From Proteobacteria bacterium UBA2383 (lineage in GTDB: Bacteria; Pseudomonadota; Gammaproteobacteria; Competibacterales; Competibacteraceae), in contig DDST01000138.1 of the NCBI GenBank assembly GCA_002343485.1, positions 53,082-117,081 on the forward strand: a stretch of DNA of 64,000 nt, read 5' to 3'. Positions within the stretch are counted from its first letter, which is position 1. Each line of letters starts with the position of its first letter. The position numbers and the translations under genes are program-made. The notes beneath the pieces were generated by a model. That model worked only from the letters and a program-made list of their open reading frames with translations, was not told the DNA's origin and made no database searches. Below are positions 1-8,821 of the stretch, one piece after another.

Positions 1-2
1 AG

Positions 3-2051
3 GTGCGAACGCTGATCGAGTTGGCTCGTAAGCTGGAAGGGCTCGCGCGCAATGTTGGCAAGCATGCGGGCGGCGTGGTGATTGCCCCAGTGAACCTGAC
101 TGATTATTCGCCGCTGTACTGTGAGCAGAACGATCCCAGCGTTGTCACCCAATTTGACAAGGACGATGTGGAGGCAGCAGGGCTGGTCAAGTTTGACTTC
201 CTGGGGCTGCGCACCCTGACAATTATTGATTGGACGTTGCAGACCATTAACGCGCAACGGCAAGCGCGTGGCGAACCGCCACTGGATATTTCCGCCATCC
301 CCCTGAACGATACGCAGACCTTTAGCCTGCTCAAGCGTTATGAAACCACGGCGGTGTTCCAGCTCGAATCCAGCGGCATGAAAGATCTGATCCGTCGCTT
401 GCAACCGGATTGTTTTGAAGACATTGTGGCGTTGGTGGCGCTGTTCCGGCCAGGTCCACTGCAATCGGGCATGGTGGATGATTTTATTGACCGCAAGCAT
501 GGCCGGGCGCGTATCGAGTATCCGCATCCGGCGCTGGAACCGATTCTTAAACCCACCTATGGCGTTATTCTCTACCAGGAACAGGTCATGCAGATTGCAC
601 AGGTGCTGGCCGGCTATAGCCTGGGTGGGGCGGATTTGCTGAGGAGGGCGATGGGAAAAAAGGATGCTGCAAAGATGGCCAAGGAACGGGATGGTTTTAT
701 CAATGGCGCGAAGGATCGGCAAGTTGACCCGGAAACCGCTTCATATATATTTGACTTAATAGATAAATTTGCTGGTTATGGTTTCAATAAATCACATTCT
801 GCCGCCTACGCTCTCGTCTCCTATCAAACGCTTTGGTTAAAGACGCACTATCCTGCCGCGTTCATAGCGGCAGTATTGTCCTCAGACATGGACAAGACTG
901 ACAAGGTGGTGGTGTTCATCGAAGAATGCCGGCGTATGGGTCTGAAACTGGCTCCACCAGATATCAATGTTTCCGAATATCGCTTTACGGCCGGCGAAGC
1001 GGGTGAAATTCGCTATGGTCTGGGCGCGATCAAGGGTGTCGGCGAAGGCGCTATCGAAGCGTTGGTCCAGGAGCGCCGCCAAGATGGGCCGTACTCGGAT
1101 TTATTCGACCTGTGCCAGCGGGTCGATCTGCGTAAGCTCAACCGCCGGGTGCTGGAGTCATTGATCCGTTCCGGAACCTTCGATGAACTGGGTGCTAACC
1201 GGGCGACGCTGGCGGCGCAACTGCCGGAGGCTTTGCAACTGGCCGAACAACACTCCCGCAATGATGCCGCCGGTCAGAATGATATGTTCGGACTGGCGGC
1301 TACCGAGAAAACCCCTACGCGCCCGCTGCATATTGCCAAGACCCCGGAATGGAGTCAGGAAGAACGGTTGCGCGGTGAGAAGGAAACCTTAGGTATTTAT
1401 CTGAGCGGCCATCCGCTGGAGCGAATCGCTGATGAGTTGACCGCCTTGGGCGTGGCCCGCTTAGGCAGCCTGGCCGGGGGCAACAGTGTTTTGCGCCGGA
1501 GCAATGACCGGTCGCTATTGATTGCCGGGCTGGTCGTCAGCGTCCGTACCCGCAACGCTAACCGGGGTGGGCGGATCGCTTTCGTAACCCTGGATGATGG
1601 GACAGGCCGGCTGGAAATCCGCATTTTCCCGGAAGTGTATGAGCAACACCGGTCCTTGATTATCGAGGATGCCATTCTGCTGACGCAAGGAATGCTGAGC
1701 TGGGATGAGTTTAATCAGAGCACCCGCCTGAACGTTGAACGGGTGCTGGACTGGGATACGGCGCGCGCTGAGTATGCTCGCCGTGTGCTGTTGCGATTGG
1801 ATGCGCAACAGTGCCAAGCGGGTGCGTTACGGCAACTAGCCAGCATTCTAGCCGAGTATCGCGCCGATGGCCGGTGCTCTGTCTGGATTGAATACACCGG
1901 CCCCCAGGCACGAGTAGAACTGGCTTTCGGTCAGAATTGGCGGGTCAAACCCAGCGAGGCATTGCTCAAACGGCTCCGGGAGTTAGCCGGTGCGGAGAAT
2001 GTCACATTGCTCTATGACCGCTCGTCGGTCATTGATCATACTGCATCGTGA
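3..2051 (+). CDS. dnaE: DNA polymerase III alpha subunit, C-terminal ~680 aa (5' end outside window)
   Basis: Open frame enters from the window edge. Typical DnaE stretches are present: GADLLRRAMGKK, FAGYGFNKSHSAAYALVSYQTLWLKTHYP, ETLGIYLSGHPL, and a C-terminal OB-fold region. Confidence 0.95.
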   Translation: MRTLIELARKLEGLARNVGKHAGGVVIAPVNLTDYSPLYCEQNDPSVVTQFDKDDVEAAGLVKFDFLGLRTLTIIDWTLQTINAQRQARGEPPLDISAIPLNDTQTFSLLKRYETTAVFQLESSGMKDLIRRLQPDCFEDIVALVALFRPGPLQSGMVDDFIDRKHGRARIEYPHPALEPILKPTYGVILYQEQVMQIAQVLAGYSLGGADLLRRAMGKKDAAKMAKERDGFINGAKDRQVDPETASYIFDLIDKFAGYGFNKSHSAAYALVSYQTLWLKTHYPAAFIAAVLSSDMDKTDKVVVFIEECRRMGLKLAPPDINVSEYRFTAGEAGEIRYGLGAIKGVGEGAIEALVQERRQDGPYSDLFDLCQRVDLRKLNRRVLESLIRSGTFDELGANRATLAAQLPEALQLAEQHSRNDAAGQNDMFGLAATEKTPTRPLHIAKTPEWSQEERLRGEKETLGIYLSGHPLERIADELTALGVARLGSLAGGNSVLRRSNDRSLLIAGLVVSVRTRNANRGGRIAFVTLDDGTGRLEIRIFPEVYEQHRSLIIEDAILLTQGMLSWDEFNQSTRLNVERVLDWDTARAEYARRVLLRLDAQQCQAGALRQLASILAEYRADGRCSVWIEYTGPQARVELAFGQNWRVKPSEALLKRLRELAGAENVTLLYDRSSVIDHTAS

Positions 2052-2114
2052 TAGGGGAGCAATCTTGAATCCAATCGGGTCGACGTTGTATCCGTTCCTC
2101 CCAGGAGTAAGGTG

Positions 2115-2345
2115 ATGGCAATATCCCACGAATTGCGCCGCCAGCAGCGTGAACTGCTGGACCAACTGGATGAACTGGAAGAGGCGGCCGCTGAATTGAC
2201 CGCTCTGTTGGAGAACACGGTTGAGGGTGATGATGAGGAATTCGACGACCGGCATGAACGGCTGGCCTGGCTGCATCGTCAGCATGCCGGGGTGCTGGTA
2301 GTGCTTGGCGAGACGGAACGGGCGCTACTGGCGTTTGACGAATAA
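2115..2345 (+). CDS. small acidic coiled-coil protein, function unknown
   Basis: 76-codon frame with ATG at 2115, 8 nt after AGGAG (2103-2107). Strongly acidic helical sequence with no motif I recognise. The antisense ORF 1983..2285 looks like a shadow. Confidence 0.4.
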   Translation: MAISHELRRQQRELLDQLDELEEAAAELTALLENTVEGDDEEFDDRHERLAWLHRQHAGVLVVLGETERALLAFDE

Positions 2346-2382
2346 CCGGCCTTTTTCCAGCAGGAGGACGGGAGTGAAGCTT

Positions 2383-4203
2383 TTAATCCAATCCCAATAG
2401 CCGCTCCTCTTCCCTTGCTGCCTGTTCCTGTTGCTGCAAGGCCCACATCTGCGCGTACATTCCGTTGTGTTGTAGCAGTTCACGGTGAGTGCCTTGTTCT
2501 CGAACCTGGCCATGCTCTAGCACCAGGATTTGATCAGCGTCGACGATGGTCGACAGCCGGTGAGCGATGACCAGCGTGGTATGATCCATGGCGACTGCGC
2601 GTAAGGCCTGTAAAATAGCCTGTTCGGATTTGCTATCCAACGCTGAGGTGGCTTCGTCGAAAATCAGAATGCGTGGCCGTTTAAGAATAGCCCGGGCAAT
2701 CGCCACTCGCTGCTTCTCACCGCCGGATAGTTTCAAACCGCGTTCACCGACGACTGTATCGTAACCAGCGGGCAGCGCAGCGATGAAATCATGCAATTGC
2801 GCCATATGGGCGGCGTCAGCGATTTCTTGATAGCTGGCTTCAGGCCGGGCATAGGCCAGGTTGTAATACAACGTATCGTTGAACAGCACTGTGTCCTGTG
2901 GGACGATGCCAATGGCGGCCCGCAAACTTTGCTGGGTCACAGCGCTGATGTCCTGGCCATCAATCAGGATGTGTCCATCGTTCACATCGTAAAACCGGAA
3001 CAGTAACCGCGCCAAGGTCGATTTCCCCGCCCCGCTGGCTCCAACCACGGCTAATTTGCAGCCAGGCGGCACGGTAAAGCTGACCCCGAACAGAATTTGC
3101 CGGTCCGGCTGGTAGCCGAAACTGACGTTTTCAAAATGCAACTCCCCTTGTGTTACCTGCAATTTATCCGCGGTTGGCGCGTCGCGGATCTCCGGAGTTC
3201 GTTCAAACAGGTGGATTAGATCGTCCATGTCGGCTAGCGCGTACTTGATTTGCCGGTAGACGATGCCGAGAAAATTTAACGGAATGAACAATTGCAGCAA
3301 CAGGGCGTTGACCAGCACCAGATCGCCCAGGGTTAATTGCCCGGCCGCGACTTGATTGGCAGCGACGAACAGGATCAGCGTCACGCCAACGGCAATGATC
3401 GCGCCTTGCCCGAAATTGAGCGCCGACATCGAGGTTTGGCTGCGTACCGCGCTGTTTTCCCAACCGGCCAGGGTGGTGTCGCAGCGGCGCAATTCCCAAT
3501 CCTCATTGCCGAAGTATTTGACTGTTTCGTAATTGATCAGGCTATCAAGGGCTTCATTATTGGCCTGCGATTCCAGCCGGTTCATTAAATGCCGGTGCTC
3601 CATTCGCCAATTGGTGATTGCCAGAGTGAAGGTGACGTAGGTAACGACGCTACCAAATACGATCAGAGTGAAGATGGGCGGATAACGGCCCAATAACAAC
3701 ACTGCCGCCAGCAGGAATTCCACCAGCACTGGCAAAATGCTGAAGGCTAGATAGTTGAGCAGGGTGCTCAGGCTGCGTGCGCCTCGCTCCAAATCGCGGC
3801 TGATGGCGCCCGTCTTGCGTTCCAAGTGGAAGCGCAGCGACAGATTATGCAGATGGGCCAGGGTGCGCACGGTCAATCGGCGCATGGCCCGGTAGCGAAC
3901 CCGGGCAAATAACACATCGCGCAACTCACTGAACAACGCATTGCCCAGTTTCAACGCCCCATAAGCCAGCAACAGTGTTGCCGGCAGGGCAATGACCGCC
4001 TGCTGGCGGGCATCCAGGTGGTCGACGATTTGCTTAAGCACGAGTGGCACCCCAATATTGGCGACCTTGGCCAGTACCAGGCAGCCAAGGGCGAGTAGCA
4101 CGCGGCCCCGGTACTCCCAGAGATAGGGTAATAATGCCCAGAGATTGGCCCAGTCGCGGCGTTCATGATGCGGGGTTTCGGTGTAGCGGAGATCGGGGCG
4201 CAT
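2383..4203 (-). CDS. ABC exporter half-transporter (fused permease + ATPase), ATM1/HMT1-like
   Basis: 606 aa. N-terminal multi-TM exporter domain. NBD with Walker A GASGAGKST, signature LSGGEKQRVAIARA and Walker B ILIFDEATSALD. Confidence 0.9.
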   Translation of the reverse strand: MRPDLRYTETPHHERRDWANLWALLPYLWEYRGRVLLALGCLVLAKVANIGVPLVLKQIVDHLDARQQAVIALPATLLLAYGALKLGNALFSELRDVLFARVRYRAMRRLTVRTLAHLHNLSLRFHLERKTGAISRDLERGARSLSTLLNYLAFSILPVLVEFLLAAVLLLGRYPPIFTLIVFGSVVTYVTFTLAITNWRMEHRHLMNRLESQANNEALDSLINYETVKYFGNEDWELRRCDTTLAGWENSAVRSQTSMSALNFGQGAIIAVGVTLILFVAANQVAAGQLTLGDLVLVNALLLQLFIPLNFLGIVYRQIKYALADMDDLIHLFERTPEIRDAPTADKLQVTQGELHFENVSFGYQPDRQILFGVSFTVPPGCKLAVVGASGAGKSTLARLLFRFYDVNDGHILIDGQDISAVTQQSLRAAIGIVPQDTVLFNDTLYYNLAYARPEASYQEIADAAHMAQLHDFIAALPAGYDTVVGERGLKLSGGEKQRVAIARAILKRPRILIFDEATSALDSKSEQAILQALRAVAMDHTTLVIAHRLSTIVDADQILVLEHGQVREQGTHRELLQHNGMYAQMWALQQQEQAAREEERLLGLD

Positions 4204-4229
4204 GGCAGAACTGCTCGTTTGAAATAAAG

Positions 4230-4256
4230 AAGGGCCACCCGTTAGGGATGGCCCTT
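4230..4256 (-). terminator. Rho-independent terminator candidate downstream of the cytochrome c gene
   Basis: 8-bp stem AAGGGCCA/TGGCCCTT with an 11-nt loop. On the minus strand it is followed by CTTTATTTC. Confidence 0.55.
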
Positions 4257-4285
4257 TTATTAGAAAATACCGGCAATTCGCAGGT

Positions 4286-4840
4286 TTATTTTGGCTCAGC
4301 TGGGGCCAGGCTGGCTTCTGCGGGTGCGGTAGCTTCTGCGGATGCTGGCGCAGAGGCCGCCGCTGGCGCTTCGACTTTGATACCCGATTCGCCCAGCATG
4401 TAAGCGATAGAATCGTGGATATTTGCTTCGGTCAGCGACGGATCGCCGCCCTTAGCCGGCATGGCGCGGATGCCATTGATCGCATGATTGACCAAAGTGT
4501 CCATGCCTTGTGCAAAACGGGGTTCCCAGGCCGCTTTATCCCCCGTTTTGGGTGCGCCTAGCGTGCCCGCAACATGACAAGCTGCACAGACCTTGTCATA
4601 GACTTGCTTGCCAGATAATTGCACCGCAACGGCTGGCTTGGGTGTTTCAAACGAAACCTGGCTGACCGGTTTGATACGTTCAAGGATGGCTGCCTGCTTC
4701 CGCGAACCATCATCGGGAGGGACATTATCAATGACGCCAATGAGCGAGGCGCCCATGAATAGAACGGCTGCTAGCAATACTAATGCCGAGATTAAAGTGA
4801 CGGTTGTGGTCACAACAGAGTTATCGACTTGCGAATTCAC
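4286..4840 (-). CDS. membrane-anchored mono-haem cytochrome c (c5-like)
   Basis: 184 aa. N-terminal TM helix, one CAACH haem motif, downstream MPAKGG, and an Ala/Pro-rich tail. GTG start with GAGG upstream. Confidence 0.8.
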   Translation of the reverse strand: MNSQVDNSVVTTTVTLISALVLLAAVLFMGASLIGVIDNVPPDDGSRKQAAILERIKPVSQVSFETPKPAVAVQLSGKQVYDKVCAACHVAGTLGAPKTGDKAAWEPRFAQGMDTLVNHAINGIRAMPAKGGDPSLTEANIHDSIAYMLGESGIKVEAPAAASAPASAEATAPAEASLAPAEPK

Positions 4841-5170
4841 ACTCTTACCTCACTGAACGCATTTTCAACCTGCACATCCCTGGATGCATCGCGGCAGACC
4901 CGATGTCGATGGCTCCCGTCGCCGGGTGCGAGTCTTTGCGTAGGCACTGTGGGTAGGAAGGTTTTGATTTGGGCTTGTTATCTTGTAGTTTGGGCAAGGC
5001 CAGACGCGCTAATAATAACGTTATTTGACTTTATCTGGAAATCCAGTATTTCGGCATGGGTTTACTGGAGTTTGACGATGCTAGCCTCGTTGAGGACGCT
5101 GGATAAATATTTATCAAAGCACTGGACGGGAACTTGTGATCGCAGGTATCCTAACCTTCTTATACCCAAC

Positions 5171-5247
5171 GCGCCCGTAGCTCAGTTGGATAGAGCGTCG
5201 GCCTCCGGAGCCGAAGGTCGTGAGTTCAAGTCTCGCCGGGCGTGCCA
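5171..5247 (+). tRNA. tRNA-Arg (anticodon CCG)
   Basis: 77-nt cloverleaf folded by hand. Acceptor GCGCCCG/CGGGCGT, D arm GCTC..GAGC, anticodon stem TCGGC/GCCGA with loop CTCCGGA (anticodon CCG). T arm GTGAG-TTCAAGT-CTCGC, discriminator G, encoded CCA. Confidence 0.9.
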
Positions 5248-5291
5248 AACTTCCCAATTTTACATCAGCCTATCATCATGAGGTTTTGCCA

Positions 5292-5570
5292 ATGAGAATG
5301 ATTGGACTCTTGGCTATCGGGTTGGTGGTCGCTATTTCGTTCGGTTGTGCGGCCAGTGACATGGCGGATGATCCAAAATCCATGGAACCCAATATGACCG
5401 CAGATCTGGGTCTGGGTGATTCTGCTGATTCCATTCTCTCGAAATATGGAAAGCCTCTTTATAAGAAAGGACGTATGGATACAGAAGGGAAGAAGATTGA
5501 AGATTGGTTTTATGCGAATGCGGTGCTGTCTTTCAAGGACGGCAATCTGAATTCTTTCAAACCAAAATAA
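5292..5570 (+). CDS. small lipoprotein, SmpA/OmlA (BamE)-like
   Basis: The listed ORF starts at a GTG inside the tRNA. The internal ATG at 5292 gives MRMIGLLAIGLVVAISFGC, a signal peptide plus lipobox. The C-terminal W.Y....L.F..G.L pattern resembles OmlA-type domains. Confidence 0.6.
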   Translation: MRMIGLLAIGLVVAISFGCAASDMADDPKSMEPNMTADLGLGDSADSILSKYGKPLYKKGRMDTEGKKIEDWFYANAVLSFKDGNLNSFKPK

Positions 5571-5600
5571 ACACACGCGCTCTCCTTCTCTGCACCGGCA

Positions 5601-6461
5601 TCAAGAGCCACACCGGTAACGGGTCTCGCCGGCATAGTATTCTGGAAAGCCGACGGCTGCTTTCAGCGCTTCGAAGTCCAGTACCTCAGGTGATTGACCC
5701 TCCTGCATTTGCGCTAGCGCGGTGCGCATGGCCTTGATTGACACGTTTAGCAAAGTCAGCGGATAGACAGCGATTTGATAGCCAATCGCTTGCAGTTGTT
5801 TGGGCGGTAACACCGGCGTCTTGCCAAACTCGATCAGGTTGGCCATTTTAGGGCCGGGAACTTCACTGCAATAGCGGCGCATTTCCACCTCACTTTCCGG
5901 GGCTTCCAGAAAAGTGATGTCGGCGCCTATCTCAGCAAAAGCACGGCATCGGGCAATGGCCTCATCCAGATCATTTGTGGCGCGAGCATCGGTGCGCGCC
6001 ATGATCAGGATATCGCTTCCTTCATTGCGAGTGTCTACCGCTGCTTGCAGGCGCATCAATGCCTCTTCGCGAGGAACCACGGCTTTACCTTGGGTGTGTC
6101 CGCAACGTTTGGGCATCACTTGGTCCTCAATCATCACGCAAGCAAAACCGGCGCGGGCATAGCCTTGCACCGTGCGCTTAACATTGAGCGGGTTGCCGAA
6201 GCCGGTATCACCATCGCCGATGATCGGGATGGAAACGGCGCTGCAGAGACTGCGGCCCTGATCAACCATTTCTCCATAGGAAATCAGGCCGGTATCAGGT
6301 AAGCCAAGCCGAGCGGCAGAGACTGCAAAACCGCTCATGAAAGCCAGTGGAAAACCTGCCTGTTCGATCAGCGTGGCTGATAGAGCATCGTGACAACCCG
6401 GCATTAGCAGCAAGCCGGGTTGGGCTAACAGAGTGCGTAATTGGTCAGCGGGAGTAGGCAT
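5601..6461 (-). CDS. isocitrate lyase/PEP mutase superfamily enzyme (2-methylisocitrate lyase / carboxyvinyl-carboxyphosphonate phosphorylmutase-like)
   Basis: 286 aa with superfamily hallmarks: IIGDGDTGFGN, VMIEDQVMPKRCGH, ILIMARTDA. Confidence 0.85.
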   Translation of the reverse strand: MPTPADQLRTLLAQPGLLLMPGCHDALSATLIEQAGFPLAFMSGFAVSAARLGLPDTGLISYGEMVDQGRSLCSAVSIPIIGDGDTGFGNPLNVKRTVQGYARAGFACVMIEDQVMPKRCGHTQGKAVVPREEALMRLQAAVDTRNEGSDILIMARTDARATNDLDEAIARCRAFAEIGADITFLEAPESEVEMRRYCSEVPGPKMANLIEFGKTPVLPPKQLQAIGYQIAVYPLTLLNVSIKAMRTALAQMQEGQSPEVLDFEALKAAVGFPEYYAGETRYRCGS

Positions 6462-6496
6462 TGAGTTCTCCTGAAGTTATAAGGGGATGTGCGTTG

Positions 6497-6527
6497 TAAA
6501 AAATCCCCTCTCTATGAAAGAGGGGAT
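6497..6527 (-). terminator. Rho-independent terminator candidate
   Basis: Perfect 9-bp stem ATCCCCTCT/AGAGGGGAT (6503-6511 / 6519-6527) with a 7-nt loop. On the minus strand it is followed directly by TTTTTT (A-run 6498-6503). Confidence 0.5.
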
Positions 6528-6676
6528 GGGGACTGCTTTTTTAATGATTTGAATGCCAAAAAGCTGTATAAAAACGCCTCTTAGGCGGTTTCCTGGCAGA
6601 ATTGTAGAAGATCACTGCGTTTGCAACAGCACTGGCGAGGCGACCTTAACGGCCAGCCGCTGTTCGACATATCGGG

Positions 6677-6990
6677 GTGCTTCATGGACTATGGAACAGA
6701 AACGTGCCTAACTCGAACGAGGAGGAGGCTTTGGGATTAAATCCCACTGACCGGGGACAGGGCGGCAGTAAGATCTCGCTCCATGCCGATGATCAAAACG
6801 GGAAACCTCTCGGCGTCACCTGTGCGCGTACAAAGGTCCATGACAGCCGAATGATGTCCTCCATCATGGCCGCCAATGTCCCTATCACCGTCTGAACCGG
6901 CTAGAGCAGCCGCAGTACCGATGCTTGAATAAAGGATATGACTACTCGCGTGTCGAAAAAGAATTCGAAGCTCAATTACATATCCCTATG
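6677..6990 (+). pseudogene. relic of an IS4/IS5-type DDE transposase
   Basis: The 72-aa ORF reads ..GLNPTDRGQGGSKISLHADDQNGKPLGVTCARTKVHDS.., matching the familiar NPTDRGK.G.K.H..D..G.PL......A..HDS core. After a stop and frame change the sequence continues ..QYRCLNKGYDYSRVEKE.. (the DKGYDY motif). No intact frame and no inverted repeats seen. Confidence 0.6.
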
Positions 6991-7069
6991 TTTGAAAAAG
7001 ACAAGGTATGTGTTGGATATCTTCTAAATAACCAGATAGCCTGATAGGTAATAAGCCACTCAGTCTTGT

Positions 7070-7453
7070 TCAGCCCTCGGCTAAGGCTTTCTCAATCCGA
7101 TTCATCCAGATCAATGCTTCATCCTGGGTCAATAGCAGAATTTGTACTTGGTTGCGGAAATCCTGCCATGATTTTTCAACGTACTCACCGAAATTGTCTA
7201 CAGAAACTACGATCCAGTTCACCGGTGAGCCGGTGAGCTGGGTATTCTGCATGGATTTTGTCCCTTGTTGCAGGAACAGTAAATACGTGTCCAGCGATCG
7301 ACGGACTGAGCCAATTGCAGCGATGTTTATCAACCCGTTAATACGCAAAGCACACTGCCAAGCCAGTAGATTCACCGCTTGTTGACGTTCGAGCATTCTA
7401 TCGGTATTCATCATCCAATCCTCACTGCGTTTTCTTGTTGTGCATCGCAACAT
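7070..7453 (-). CDS. hypothetical protein
   Basis: 127-aa ORF (alternative start MMNTD at about 7414). No recognisable motif. It lies next to the IS relic. Confidence 0.35.
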   Translation of the reverse strand: MLRCTTRKRSEDWMMNTDRMLERQQAVNLLAWQCALRINGLINIAAIGSVRRSLDTYLLFLQQGTKSMQNTQLTGSPVNWIVVSVDNFGEYVEKSWQDFRNQVQILLLTQDEALIWMNRIEKALAEG

Positions 7454-7560
7454 AATTTATCGAAACCGTCAAGCAACATCGGTTTGGGCGGCTGTGGTAA
7501 CGGGTAAAGGTCAGTGCTGCGATCCCTGATCGCTAGCTGTATCGCATGGCAGCTAGATGT

Positions 7561-8355
7561 TCAAACTGCTACAGGTGCTTTAATCGCTGGATGATGCTGG
7601 TAGCCAATGATAGCGAAATCCTCATACTGATAATCAAACAGCGAATCCGGCCGCCGGTGGATCATTAATTGCGGTGCCGGGTATGGCTCGCGACTGAGTT
7701 GCAAACGAACCTGCTCCAGATGATTCGAGTACAGATGACAATCGCCACCGGTCCAGATGAATTCACCAACCGTTAAATCTGTTTGCTGGGCAACTAGATG
7801 GGTTAGCAATGCATAACTGGCAATATTGAACGGTACTCCCAAAAACAGGTCAGCGCTGCGCTGGTAGAGCTGGCAGGATAACGCACCGTTGGTGACATGG
7901 AACTGGAATAACAGATGACAGGGCGGTAGCCGCATTTGTTCAAGCTCTCCGACGTTCCAAGCGGAGACAACGATCCGCCGTGAATCCGGGTCACGACGCA
8001 GTCGTTCGATTGCATCAGCCAATTGGTCAATGCAACGCCCATCAGCGGTTCGCCAAGCGCGCCACTGCTGGCCGTAAATAGGTCCGAGATTGCCGTTTTG
8101 ATCGGCCCACTCATCCCAGATCGTCACACCATGCTCGTGCAAGTAATCAATATTGCTATCGCCGCGCAAAAACCACAGCAGTTCATAAATGATCGAGCGC
8201 AGGTGCAGCTTTTTAGTCGTGACTAATGGAAAGCCAGTGCGAAGATCGAAACGGAGCTGAGCGCCAAACCAGCTCAGTGTTCCAACCCCGGTTCGATCTT
8301 GTTTACGGACCCCTTCATTTAGTACCTGCTGCAATAAGTCCAGATATCCTTTCAT
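7561..8355 (-). CDS. thyA: thymidylate synthase
   Basis: 264 aa, full-length ThyA pattern: DRTGVGT, WDEWAD, LPPCH..FQF, and an end resembling ..AIKAPVAV. Confidence 0.97.
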   Translation of the reverse strand: MKGYLDLLQQVLNEGVRKQDRTGVGTLSWFGAQLRFDLRTGFPLVTTKKLHLRSIIYELLWFLRGDSNIDYLHEHGVTIWDEWADQNGNLGPIYGQQWRAWRTADGRCIDQLADAIERLRRDPDSRRIVVSAWNVGELEQMRLPPCHLLFQFHVTNGALSCQLYQRSADLFLGVPFNIASYALLTHLVAQQTDLTVGEFIWTGGDCHLYSNHLEQVRLQLSREPYPAPQLMIHRRPDSLFDYQYEDFAIIGYQHHPAIKAPVAV

Positions 8356-8484
8356 CGTCAGAGATCTCGATCATCTGCTTTCCTAGCAAGACAGTGGAAT
8401 TTTATGGTGCAATGCAATATAGTCATCTCTATCCCATGATCATGAATAATAAAGTGACCACATAAGCAGGCCACAGGGTAACGC

Positions 8485-8802
8485 ATGACTGTCAAAGCAA
8501 CGTCCTCAATTCAGGTAATTACCCGATTAACTCTCATCCTGGATGCTATGGCCGCGCATGATGAGCCTGTCAGTCTCAAAACGCTGTCTAAGGCTACAGG
8601 CCTGCATCCCTCAACCACCTTCCGGATTTTGGCTTCTCTGACTGAACATGGTTTCGTAGAACGCAGCACAACAAGCCGTTACCGTTTAGGCATTCGATTG
8701 TTGCAACTGGGTAACCGGGTGCATGGGCAGATGATCGATCAGCATTCGGGCATCCATTCATTCTCCGCCGCACTTGATGAATTGAATGAAGCGAACGGCT
8801 GA
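8485..8802 (+). pseudogene. truncated IclR-family regulator (HTH domain only)
   Basis: 105 aa containing the IclR winged-HTH (LSLKTLSKATGLHPSTTFRILASLTEHGFVE) and linker. It stops about 20 residues into where the effector domain begins. Only 19 nt separate it from the convergent kinase gene end. Confidence 0.7.
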
Positions 8803-8821
8803 GGCGCATCTGGCCGCGCCT

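Noticed and set aside
5621-5630. 10-nt match (GTCTCGCCGG) to the tRNA-Arg 3' arm as a possible att repeat
   Set aside because: It is too short to be significant in a 64-kb window, and it lies inside the coding sequence of the PEP-mutase-family gene.
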